Source: Candidatus Saccharimonadales bacterium
Lineage (GTDB): Bacteria > Patescibacteriota > Saccharimonadia > Saccharimonadales > UBA4665
Length of the DNA: 64,000 nucleotides
Reading direction: 5' to 3'
Assembly (NCBI GenBank): GCA_041649215.1
Contig: JBAZNN010000001.1
Span: 700,366-764,365, forward strand
The notes beneath the pieces were generated by a model, which was not told the origin of the DNA, did no database searches, and saw nothing but the letters and a program-made list of their open reading frames with translations. The first letter of the stretch is position 1. Each line of letters starts with the position of its first letter. Of this stretch, positions 21,789-30,539 are shown piece by piece. Both the position numbers and the translations under genes were made by a program.

Positions 21789-23618
21789 CTACTCTACAGT
21801 AACTGACTTCGCTAAATTGCGAGGCCGGTCGACGTTGTAGTCTTTGGCAACGGCTATGTAGTACGAAAAAAGTTGCATGGCTATGGCTACCAGCAACGGA
21901 CTAGTCTGCTCCAGTGTGTCTGGGATGTATATGACGTCGTCGGCCAGTTTTTTGATGGCTTTATTGCCTTCGGTGGCTACGGCCACTACCTTGCCTTTGC
22001 GGGCTCGGATTTCTTCTATGTTGCTACAGGTTTTTTCGAGGAGTGAATCGTTTGTGGCGATGGCAAAGCTGGGAAAATCTGGCTCTATCATGGCCAGCGG
22101 CCCGTGTTTCATTTCGCCGGCGGCATAACCCTCGGCGTGGATGTAGCTGATTTCTTTGAGTTTCAAAGCGCCTTCCAAGGCGCACGGGAAGCCATACTTT
22201 CGGCCGATGAATAGAAAATCACGGTAATCTTTGTACTTCAAGGCAATTTTTTTAATTGCCGCGGCTTGCTTAAGCACGGCCTCGGCCTTTTTGGGTAAGG
22301 CATCAAACTCCTCGAGTATTGGCCGGAATTTGTCACTGTTACCACCGCTTAAGTGCAAGGCGATCTCAGTCAGTACCGTTACTTGGGCGATGAACGCCTT
22401 GGTGCTGGCCACGGCCTGCTCCGGTCCGGCGTGACAGTACACGCCGGCATCGGTCATGCGGGCAATGGTGCTACCCACCGCGTTGACCACGCCAAGACGT
22501 AGCACGCCGTAATTTTCGACTTTTTTGAGAGCGGCGATAGTGTCGGCTGTTTCGCCGGACTGGGAAATGGCTATGAGGGCTGTGGAGCGCGAAAATGGCT
22601 CATCACGGTATTTGAATTCACTGGCTAATTGCACTTCTACTGGGATGCCGGCGATTTCCTCTATCAGATATTCGCCCACTAGTCCGGCGTAGTAGCTGGT
22701 TCCGCAGGCTACGATAACGATACGGTCGATGAACTTTAGCTGGTCGGCCACCATATCGAGGCCGTCCAGCCGAACGAGGCCTTTGTCTGGGCGGATGCGT
22801 CCCAGGCTGGCGGCGCGGATAGTTTGCGGTGCCTCGTAGATTTCTTTCAGCATGAAATGCGGGTAATCACCAAGTGAGGCGACCGAAGCGTCGTACTCGA
22901 GCGTTTCGGCCTCGCGTTTGACAGTCCGAACATTCTTGAAGTCTTTAATTGTGTAGCTGCCAGTCGCGTCAACCCGGACGAGTTCATAATCGTCTAAGTA
23001 AACGACCTGCTTAGTGTGCTCCAAGATGGCCGATGGGTCGGAGGCGATAATACAGGCGTCTCTGGCGATGCCTACTACCAGCGGGCTGGATAGTCGGGCG
23101 GCGTACAACGCGTCTGGCTCACGCGCGGTCATGACCAAAATGGCGTAAGCTCCGCGCAGCTGGTGCAGCGCTTGCTCAAATGCCTTTTGGAATGATTTTT
23201 CACTCCTCAGATAAAAGTCGATCAGGTGGGGGATGACCTCGGTGTCGGTTTGCGAGACAAATTTGTAACCAAGGCCTTCGAGGTGTTCGCGCAGATCGGC
23301 GTAGTTTTCGATAATTCCGTTGTGCGCCACCATGATGGTACGATCGGTGTTGAAGTGCGGGTGGGCATTCGTGATGGTCGGCATGCCATGGGTAGCCCAG
23401 CGGGTGTGGCCAATGGCGCTGGCCGACTTTTTGCCACTGCCAAGGCTACCGCGCAAGGCTTGCACTCGCCCAACTTGTTTATCAACGACGATTTTGCCCT
23501 GATCCATATAGGCTATGCCTGCCGAATCGTAGCCGCGGTATTCCAGGCTGGTCAGCCCATCGAGCACGGCACTTACCGCTTTTTGTTCCTTGCCAATATA
23601 TCCAACTATTCCACACAT
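21789..23618 (-). CDS. glmS: Glutamine--fructose-6-phosphate aminotransferase (isomerizing)
   Basis: MCGIVGYIG N-terminal Cys, two SIS domains, C-terminal AKSVTVE. 609 aa. Confidence 0.97.
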   Translation of the reverse strand: MCGIVGYIGKEQKAVSAVLDGLTSLEYRGYDSAGIAYMDQGKIVVDKQVGRVQALRGSLGSGKKSASAIGHTRWATHGMPTITNAHPHFNTDRTIMVAHNGIIENYADLREHLEGLGYKFVSQTDTEVIPHLIDFYLRSEKSFQKAFEQALHQLRGAYAILVMTAREPDALYAARLSSPLVVGIARDACIIASDPSAILEHTKQVVYLDDYELVRVDATGSYTIKDFKNVRTVKREAETLEYDASVASLGDYPHFMLKEIYEAPQTIRAASLGRIRPDKGLVRLDGLDMVADQLKFIDRIVIVACGTSYYAGLVGEYLIEEIAGIPVEVQLASEFKYRDEPFSRSTALIAISQSGETADTIAALKKVENYGVLRLGVVNAVGSTIARMTDAGVYCHAGPEQAVASTKAFIAQVTVLTEIALHLSGGNSDKFRPILEEFDALPKKAEAVLKQAAAIKKIALKYKDYRDFLFIGRKYGFPCALEGALKLKEISYIHAEGYAAGEMKHGPLAMIEPDFPSFAIATNDSLLEKTCSNIEEIRARKGKVVAVATEGNKAIKKLADDVIYIPDTLEQTSPLLVAIAMQLFSYYIAVAKDYNVDRPRNLAKSVTVE

Positions 23619-23679
23619 ATTATTTATCCTACTACGTTATAGTTATTTTCGTGATTATCTCGCCTTTTGGAGCCGTGCA

Positions 23680-24345
23680 CTAAGCAGTTTGTCGTAAAAG
23701 GATGTGTGTTCCCAGTAGTGCATCTTGCTCGGCATGTATAGCGGGCATCTCGCCTGCGAGATCTGCCTGTAAACGTGCCAATGTCTCTTCTGGCGATTCA
23801 TGAGGCTGCACAGGTATGCAGTGCGTACGTCCCGTCAAACCTTCTTTGAATTTTTGAAGTTCACGCTCGGCTCCGCTTGCACTCCAAGGTGCTTTACACT
23901 CTGCATGACCAATTATACCGGTTCCAGTTACGTGCGAAGCGAACGGAATAGCCAGCAGGAGACTCATGTTGGCTAGCGAAATGTTGCGGTCAAGCTGTGG
24001 CAAGGTCTTTGTAGTTAATCTACGGAGCAGGCCAGTAACTTCGATTTCGTTAACCGGCCTAAATGAGGCTTCGGTAAGAGCACTTTCCTTGGCAACCCCT
24101 GTAATCACTTCATCTGAAAACGTAGGCAAGTAGTCGTAAATAGTGTCAACCGAACCTTTGATCTGCAGGCGGGGCTCGTAGTCGGTTGGCAACAGCTCAC
24201 AGGCCAGGCCGAGCTTACCAAGTGTCGTCACAAATGCAGCACCATAGGCCTTTTCCGGCCGAGCAAGTTGCCATAATTGATGCGAGAGATCCAAAACCGC
24301 CTCGCCAGTATCGATAGTCCCCGCGTATATTTCAGCTACTGCCAT
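23680..24345 (-). CDS. Hypothetical protein (weak resemblance to the Lon/S16 proteolytic domain)
   Basis: 221 aa. The segments ITGVAKESALTEAS, DRNISLANMSLLLAI, HVTGTGIIG and GRTHCIPV line up by eye with Lon C-domain blocks VMKES.AA, DGPSAG, AMTGEI and IP. The similarity is weak. Confidence 0.5.
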   Translation of the reverse strand: MAVAEIYAGTIDTGEAVLDLSHQLWQLARPEKAYGAAFVTTLGKLGLACELLPTDYEPRLQIKGSVDTIYDYLPTFSDEVITGVAKESALTEASFRPVNEIEVTGLLRRLTTKTLPQLDRNISLANMSLLLAIPFASHVTGTGIIGHAECKAPWSASGAERELQKFKEGLTGRTHCIPVQPHESPEETLARLQADLAGEMPAIHAEQDALLGTHILLRQTA

Positions 24346-24350
24346 ACGTA

Positions 24351-24698
24351 CTATCCTTTTGCCACGATAACGCCCGGTCCGTATGGCCCCGTAGGCATAA
24401 CGTCGCGATTATCCAACACGTAGGTTGAATTACTGCCAGCATCTACGATGTGCACACAGAGTGATCCAAGTTCGAGAGTATGCTTTTCGCTGAGTGGTGG
24501 TTGGACCTCTACGTGCCGATACGAAACACTACCTTCGGGCGCTTCATGACGACTAATTGGGGAGATAGTATAGCCGCGATCCATGAAAAATTTGCGGAAT
24601 CCTTCATGATCCGGTGCATCACTTGCCCCGGCACTAAAGCCGATAATGTTTGTGTCTTTCTCGATCCCTGGGTAGAGACGTACGTAACGGTTCGCCAT
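24351..24698 (-). CDS. Hypothetical protein
   Basis: Start moved to MANRYVRLYPG, which has the SD-like AAAGGAA 6-7 nt upstream. 115 aa, 5 nt from the downstream gene. No recognisable motif. Confidence 0.5.
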   Translation of the reverse strand: MANRYVRLYPGIEKDTNIIGFSAGASDAPDHEGFRKFFMDRGYTISPISRHEAPEGSVSYRHVEVQPPLSEKHTLELGSLCVHIVDAGSNSTYVLDNRDVMPTGPYGPGVIVAKG

Positions 24699-24781
24699 AA
24701 TTATTCCTTTCGTTGTTATAGGATGAGCACTAGTTATACGCACATTGAGGTTTTATAGCAACAAATATTGGCAACATTTTA

Positions 24782-24810
24782 TTGACAAATTTATAGATAG
24801 AGCGTAAATT
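24782..24810 (+). promoter_or_regulatory. Sigma70-type promoter positioned for a leaderless trmB-like mRNA
   Basis: TTGACA (24782-87), 17-nt spacer, TAAATT (24805-10). The ATG lies at 24818, only 7 nt after the -10. Confidence 0.45.
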
Positions 24811-24817
24811 TTAGGAT

Positions 24818-25579
24818 ATGAATGATGACAAATTGACAATCCAGAAGTTGTTGCATGACCTAGATTTTTCTGATGTCGAGGCCGAAACCTACTGGGCGCT
24901 TTTAAACCTCGAAGCGGTATCAATTCGTAAAGTTGCAGACTTTAGCGGCATCAATCGTGGCACCACGTACGAGGCTATTAAAAACTTAGTGGCCGCCGGG
25001 CTGGCCAGTACTCGTAAAAGTGGTGAGCGTGAATACTACAGCGCCGAATCACCCGAAAAAGTGTACGACCTGATTCGTGACAAACGCAAAGAGTTATGGC
25101 ACACCCAGCAGCAGGCCCAAAAGCTTGTGCCCGAACTTTTGGCCCGAAAGGCCCGCCCGCAGGGCCGCCCACTCGTCAAATATTACGAAGACGATGAAGG
25201 CGTAGCGACGATTTTAAAAGACGTCCTGCAAACCTGCGGCCAACTAGACGAACCAGAATATTATGTATATTCATCACGGGCTTTGCGCCAGTCACTGTAC
25301 CGTAAGTTTCCAAATTTTACCGAGCGTCGAGTGGCCGAGGGGATTGCCGTGAAAGTAATTGCCCTTGGTGAGGGCAGTTATACAGAGGGTCTGAGTGAGC
25401 GCAAATGGTTGCCCGAACCAGCCGATGCCAAGCCCACCAGCTATATGATTATTTATGGCAACAAGGTAGCGCAAATCTCGATTTCAAACGATTTTATGCC
25501 GTACGGCGTGGTGGTCGAAGACACGGGTGTGGCCACCGTGCAGCGGCTGCTGTTTGAGCGGCTCTGGGCGACGCTTTAG
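24818..25579 (+). CDS. TrmB-family (sugar-responsive) transcriptional regulator
   Basis: N-terminal winged HTH LDFSDVEAETYWALLNLEAVSIRKVADFSGINRGTTYEAIKNLVAAGLA, plus a C-terminal effector-like domain. Confidence 0.78.
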   Translation: MNDDKLTIQKLLHDLDFSDVEAETYWALLNLEAVSIRKVADFSGINRGTTYEAIKNLVAAGLASTRKSGEREYYSAESPEKVYDLIRDKRKELWHTQQQAQKLVPELLARKARPQGRPLVKYYEDDEGVATILKDVLQTCGQLDEPEYYVYSSRALRQSLYRKFPNFTERRVAEGIAVKVIALGEGSYTEGLSERKWLPEPADAKPTSYMIIYGNKVAQISISNDFMPYGVVVEDTGVATVQRLLFERLWATL

Positions 25580-26823
25580 CCCGGCCCGCGGTCTGACAAA
25601 ATGACTTTTAGGAATTTTTCTAATTCCTCATCAAAAACTTTTGGAGCGAAAGCCATGGCTTTGGTGGCGATGCCCTCGTGGTTGAAGCTGCGTAGGTTGG
25701 ATCGATGCAGGGCATCTGCCAGACTTGCGGCCGTTGGCTCACTAAAGAATTCACCAGTTTTGCCTGGTACGACATAGTCGAGCGCACCACCAGCTTCGTA
25801 GGCTACGACTGGCGTGCCAGCGGCCAACGCCTCGACAGCGGTGATACCAAAATCATCGGTGCCAGGGAAGATAAGCGCCTTAGCATTGGCAAATTCTTCT
25901 TCGATCACTTCGTCGGAAACGCGACCTACGAAATTGACGGTCTTGCCAGCTAGTCTCCGCAAACGCATATTATCCGGGCCGTCGCCAATGACCGTTAGCG
26001 GGAAATTGAAGCGCGTGCAGGCTTTAACGGCTAGATCGAAACGCTTGTACGGCGTTTGTCTACCAGAAATAACGAAGCCGTGCCGAACGTGTCCGGCCGG
26101 TTTCTTTTTTTGAAAGCGTGCCACGTTAACTGGCGGAAAAATGACCACAGCATCGCGACCATAGTATTTCTTGATTTCTTTGGCCGTGTGGTTTGAGTTG
26201 GCAATCATATAATCCGGTCGTTGAGCGGCTTTATAATCCCAGCGTCTTAGTGGCCAGACAAGCGTTTTCAGGCCAAGTCGCGCCAACCAGTCGAACATAC
26301 CAAAACCAGGGTGCTCCATGTATTCATCGTAGCGGCTCCAGTAGTAGTGCGTCGGGGCATGGCAATAATTTACGTGCAGCGTATCGCGCGAAACTTTGAT
26401 GCCTTTAGCCTCGGCACCCGAGCTACTAATGACCAAGTCGTATTCTTTTAGATTGATGTGGGTAAACCACCAAACGCGCAAAAACGGGATGAATTTACGA
26501 ATTTTGCCCAAATGCTGCAGCCAGCCAGTCACGACCTTGTTGTCCAGCCGTTCACGCCACTCAGGAGTGCAGTACGAGGTGAAAATCGGCGCGTTGGGGA
26601 ATAGCTTGTGTAGCTCTTCTACTACCAGTTCGGCACCGCCGCCAATCAGCCAGTCATGGACGATGGCGACACGCATGCCTTTGGCGGTGTGGACAGAGCG
26701 TGCCCCTAGCAAGGCTTCTTTGCTCAAGCGCGGCTTTTGGCTGACATGCCTGTCGGCCGCTAGCGTGCGGCCGCGCACAAAACCCATTTTGTCGGCAGCG
26801 GCTACGGTTGGCTTAGTGGCCAT
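25576..26823 (-). CDS. Family 4 (GT-B) glycosyltransferase
   Basis: MRVAIVHDWLIGGGAE, and EX7E region DDFGITAVEALAAGTPVV. The true start may be the internal MRVAIVHDW at 26676. Confidence 0.85.
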   Translation of the reverse strand: MATKPTVAAADKMGFVRGRTLAADRHVSQKPRLSKEALLGARSVHTAKGMRVAIVHDWLIGGGAELVVEELHKLFPNAPIFTSYCTPEWRERLDNKVVTGWLQHLGKIRKFIPFLRVWWFTHINLKEYDLVISSSGAEAKGIKVSRDTLHVNYCHAPTHYYWSRYDEYMEHPGFGMFDWLARLGLKTLVWPLRRWDYKAAQRPDYMIANSNHTAKEIKKYYGRDAVVIFPPVNVARFQKKKPAGHVRHGFVISGRQTPYKRFDLAVKACTRFNFPLTVIGDGPDNMRLRRLAGKTVNFVGRVSDEVIEEEFANAKALIFPGTDDFGITAVEALAAGTPVVAYEAGGALDYVVPGKTGEFFSEPTAASLADALHRSNLRSFNHEGIATKAMAFAPKVFDEELEKFLKVILSDRGPG

Positions 26824-26825
26824 GA

Positions 26826-28265
26826 TTACTTTGCTCCGCGACGATCAAGCACGACCCGGATAGTTTTGACAAGGATGACGATATCAAGCCAAAAGCTCCA
26901 GTTCTGCACGTAGTACATATCGAGTTTGCGTCGTTCTTCGAATGGTATATCGCGGCGACCAGATACTACGGCCAGGCCAGTCAGGCCAGATTTAACACTT
27001 AGGATCATACTTTTCTTACCGTACTTTTCAAGCTCGAATGGTTCGAGCGCTCTTGGTCCAACCAAGCTTATATCGCCCCGTATGATGTTGATGATTTGCG
27101 GTAGTTCATCGAGACTTGTTTTTCTAAGGAAGCGTCCAAGTCGCGAAATCCGCGGGTCATTATCTAAAAAGTCGCCGTTTTCACGGTATTTCTTAGCCAG
27201 ATCCGGACGACCCATCTTGGCAAAACCTTCCTCAGGCGTCATGCGATTATACTTGTGCAGTTGCGTACGAAATTTATATATCTTTACCTTGGTTCCGAAC
27301 CGAGACAAACGAACCTGGCCAAAGATCGGGTCACCATGGTCAAAAACATACATTATTAAGCAGATAACGCCGATAATAGGCAGGGCGATGATCGAGAGCA
27401 AAAGTGCAAAAACAAGGTCGAACAAGCGCTTGATGATACGTCCCCAACCAAACAAGGCAGTTTGCCGCACGGCAATGACCGGAATGGAGTTGCGAAACAG
27501 CTCGACGTCGATGTTGCCCACAAACAGCTCAGTGTTGCCCGGTATGAACCTATAGCTAATATGGTGCTCCTGGGCATACTCCAGAACCTCGCGGTTCTTA
27601 TTCTCGTCGGCAAATAACTCGGTCTGGATGATACTGTGCAGCTCAGCTTCGTGTTTGCCCTCTAGAAACTCACCGAACGTGGAATAGACTTTTACGTGAT
27701 CCGGATGGCTGGATTTTGGTCGGCCGGTGACCACGGCTACAACTTTGTAGCCGGAGACGCGGCTATTTGATAAAGATTCGACAAGCTCCGCGGTCATGTT
27801 TGTATTGCCCACGATCAGCGCTTTGGTCAGACCAATCTTGTAGCTGAATAGCTCGGTACGGATCAGCCGGGCAAGGTTGCGGAATAGAGTTAAGAAGATG
27901 AAGCTGAGTCCAAACCCATAGATTGGCACTAATTTAGCCGGAAAGATTGGGTTTACGCTCAAAAAGTTCCAAAAAATCACAAACAGCAGGCCGATAAATG
28001 AACCAACAAACAGGCGGCCAAGTTCCGAGAAGCGGCGTTCGTAAATATTGCTGTTATACAGTCCAAGCAGTGCGAAAATTAGTATCCAGAAAGGCAACAA
28101 TACCAAGAAAATACCCAGATACGTAATTGCCCGGATGGGGTGTTCAATGGGCGCACCACTAACCGTCACACGCAAAATGTAAGCACCGACAAAGGCAGCA
28201 ACCAAAGCTAGAAAATCGCCGATTACGAGAAAGAAATTATAGATCAACGATGCATTTGATTTCAT
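26826..28265 (-). CDS. Polyprenyl-phosphate hexose-1-phosphate transferase (WbaP/CpsE-type priming sugar transferase)
   Basis: Four to five N-terminal TM segments. C-terminal bacterial sugar transferase domain KRLFDLVFALLL...KFRTQ...DELPQIINIIRGDISLVGPR. Confidence 0.9.
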   Translation of the reverse strand: MKSNASLIYNFFLVIGDFLALVAAFVGAYILRVTVSGAPIEHPIRAITYLGIFLVLLPFWILIFALLGLYNSNIYERRFSELGRLFVGSFIGLLFVIFWNFLSVNPIFPAKLVPIYGFGLSFIFLTLFRNLARLIRTELFSYKIGLTKALIVGNTNMTAELVESLSNSRVSGYKVVAVVTGRPKSSHPDHVKVYSTFGEFLEGKHEAELHSIIQTELFADENKNREVLEYAQEHHISYRFIPGNTELFVGNIDVELFRNSIPVIAVRQTALFGWGRIIKRLFDLVFALLLSIIALPIIGVICLIMYVFDHGDPIFGQVRLSRFGTKVKIYKFRTQLHKYNRMTPEEGFAKMGRPDLAKKYRENGDFLDNDPRISRLGRFLRKTSLDELPQIINIIRGDISLVGPRALEPFELEKYGKKSMILSVKSGLTGLAVVSGRRDIPFEERRKLDMYYVQNWSFWLDIVILVKTIRVVLDRRGAK

Positions 28266-28291
28266 ACGCTATATACTAAATTGTAACACTT

Positions 28292-29644
28292 ATGAAATCT
28301 ATACTGCGCCTAAAAACAGACCGGTTAGCAAACTATCTAGTAGCAGTCGTTCTGGTGTTAGTACCATTTCATGCCTTTTTGACTGTTTGGGGGTCGACGC
28401 TGCTTGGCCACTACACGACCCTCCGGCTGTGGGATGACGTGCTGCTCGGAGTATTAGTAATCGTAGTCAGCGGTTGGTTGGTGCGTGACAAATCACTACG
28501 AAATCATCTGTTCGGAAGTTTGCTGTTCCGGCTGATAGCGCTGTATGTAGTGCTTACGTTTGGGCTGGGTCTGGTAGCGTTCACCAAACACGAAGTTACT
28601 GCCAAAGCCCTGGGCTACGCTTTGCTAGTCAATCTGCGTTTTCTGGTGTGGTTTTTGGCAGTCTGGGCCGTAGCTACCCGCAGTAATTGGCTGCGAGCGC
28701 ACTGGAAACAGTTCGTTTTTTGGCCACTGCTTCTCGTGGTGATATTCGCCGTGTTGCAATGCCTAGTGCTACCACACGATTTTCTGACCCACTTTGGCTA
28801 CGACAAGACCTTGACTATCGCACCGACCACAACTATTAACCAGAATACCAACACCATCCGGGCGCAGTCGTTCTTGCGTGGCCCGAACCCCTTGGGCGCA
28901 TATCTAGTAGTTGGCTTTGGTTTATTAGCTACGATGGTGGCCTTTTCGAAACGAGCGTGGCGTACCTGGGCGCTTGGTGGGCTGGCTAGCTTGGCATTGC
29001 TGCTCAGCTTTTCACGGAGTGCCTGGATCGGCGCGTTTGTGGCAGTGGTTGTAGCTCTATGGCTACGCTTACATACGAAACGTGCCAGGTATATAACCCT
29101 AACCGTCACCGGCCTGATATTGATTATTTTTGCTGGCAGCCTGGCGATATTCCATAAAAACAGTGGTGTCCAAGACGCGGTTTTTCATGTAAATGCCGGT
29201 TCGACGGCCAATGTCACCTCAAATGCTGGTCATGCCAGCGCTTTTAAGTCGGGCTTGCGCGACATAACGCATGAACCATTTGGCCGCGGACCCGGCACGG
29301 CTGGGCCGGCTTCGTGGTACAACACGGAGCACAGTGTTCGTAATAGCGAGAACTACTTTCTAGAGATAGGCCAAGAAGTCGGCTGGGCCGGGCTGATCGT
29401 ATTTATAACCATTAACGTGGCTTTGGGCTTTGAGCTTTGGAGTAGGCGTGGCGAAACGCTGGTGCTTGGCGTGTTCGCCAGCTTGATCGGTTTGAGTCTT
29501 TTGAACCAATTCGCTTATGGCTGGGCCGACGACACGCTAGCCTACCTGTGGTGGGGCTTAGCGGGAATCGCTTTAGCACCAAAGTCCTATATACTAAAAT
29601 CAAGGCCATCATCTGATGAAACAAAAACAAAAACGCGAAGTTAA
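28292..29644 (+). CDS. O-antigen ligase/polymerase-like (Wzy_C) membrane protein
   Basis: 450 aa with ~11 TM segments. Periplasmic loop after LSFSRSAWIG has the GHASAF...H.E motif typical of the Wzy_C family. Confidence 0.72.
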   Translation: MKSILRLKTDRLANYLVAVVLVLVPFHAFLTVWGSTLLGHYTTLRLWDDVLLGVLVIVVSGWLVRDKSLRNHLFGSLLFRLIALYVVLTFGLGLVAFTKHEVTAKALGYALLVNLRFLVWFLAVWAVATRSNWLRAHWKQFVFWPLLLVVIFAVLQCLVLPHDFLTHFGYDKTLTIAPTTTINQNTNTIRAQSFLRGPNPLGAYLVVGFGLLATMVAFSKRAWRTWALGGLASLALLLSFSRSAWIGAFVAVVVALWLRLHTKRARYITLTVTGLILIIFAGSLAIFHKNSGVQDAVFHVNAGSTANVTSNAGHASAFKSGLRDITHEPFGRGPGTAGPASWYNTEHSVRNSENYFLEIGQEVGWAGLIVFITINVALGFELWSRRGETLVLGVFASLIGLSLLNQFAYGWADDTLAYLWWGLAGIALAPKSYILKSRPSSDETKTKTRS

Positions 29645-30038
29645 ACGTATCACCGAATATCTGGTAAGCGGCGGTGCTTATTTCTGGTCGGGTTACGGCA
29701 TGTTCTTTGTGCTAGACAAGGGTCTGCACCTAAATTTGTGGTGGGCAAAGTTGCTGGCCAACGTCACCGGGTGGCTAGTGAATTATGCGTTGCAACGCTA
29801 CTGGGTGTTCAATAACCCCAAGTTAGCCAAGCACAAACTGGAGGTTACCGGCCACTACGCCGTAATTACGCTAGCCGATTTCCTGATAGATTATTTGATC
29901 GTGGCCGGGCTTAAGCACCTCGGCATAACACCGTACATTGGTCAGTTCGCCTCGTCAGGGTTCTTTACGGTCTGGAACTATTTTTGGTACAAATTCTGGG
30001 TCTTTCCGGACAAATATCCAAGGAAGAAACGATCATGA
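29616..30038 (+). CDS. GtrA-family membrane protein (polyprenyl-sugar translocation)
   Basis: 140 aa, 4 TM, YLVSGGAYFW...ALQRYWVF...FWVF. GtrA-like signature. Overlaps the upstream gene by 29 nt. Confidence 0.78.
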   Translation: MKQKQKREVKRITEYLVSGGAYFWSGYGMFFVLDKGLHLNLWWAKLLANVTGWLVNYALQRYWVFNNPKLAKHKLEVTGHYAVITLADFLIDYLIVAGLKHLGITPYIGQFASSGFFTVWNYFWYKFWVFPDKYPRKKRS

Positions 30039-30508
30039 ATGAAGCGACGGTTAGACCGACCAAAAAACAGAAAGAACTTCTAGAATTTATCGAGCGATTC
30101 ATAGCCGAGCGGGGCTATAGCCCGAGTTACCGCGAGATTATGGCCGGGCTCAACTATACTTCGGTGGCGACAGTGGCACTGCACGTCGGTAATCTTATAA
30201 AAAGAGGTCATTTAATAAAGCGCGATCACAGTGCTCGTTCACTCGAGGTAGTCAATTCTTCATCGGACGCGGCACCTGGTAAATTGCCCACCAATCAGGT
30301 GGCTCCAACCGACGAAAAATGGCTGGTCGACAAGATCGAATACTTTTTGGGTCAGGCAGAAGCCATGCCACAACCAGACCCACTGCAAGTAGATGATCTG
30401 TATGTGTTGGTTGGAGCGCTGAAAGTCTTGGGACTTGACGGCGCGGCCCAAAGTTTTATGCCGCGTCTCACGGCACTCAAAGCCCGCGGTTTACCACCGT
30501 CGGCTTAA
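30035..30508 (+). CDS. LexA N-terminal DNA-binding-domain protein lacking the S24 peptidase domain
   Basis: Start at MNEATV (ATGA overlap with the gtrA stop). KKQKELLEFIERFIAERGYSPSYREIMAGLNYTSVATVALHVGNLIKRGHL matches the LexA wHTH. The remaining ~90 aa show no Ser-Lys dyad motifs. Confidence 0.62.
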   Translation: MNEATVRPTKKQKELLEFIERFIAERGYSPSYREIMAGLNYTSVATVALHVGNLIKRGHLIKRDHSARSLEVVNSSSDAAPGKLPTNQVAPTDEKWLVDKIEYFLGQAEAMPQPDPLQVDDLYVLVGALKVLGLDGAAQSFMPRLTALKARGLPPSA

Positions 30509-30539
30509 AACCATAAGTGGTATAATTACCGCGTAAACT

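Noticed and set aside
23619-23679. glmS ribozyme upstream of glmS.
   Set aside because: Only 61 nt separate glmS from the upstream ORF, far shorter than the ~170-nt ribozyme. No conserved core sequence is seen.
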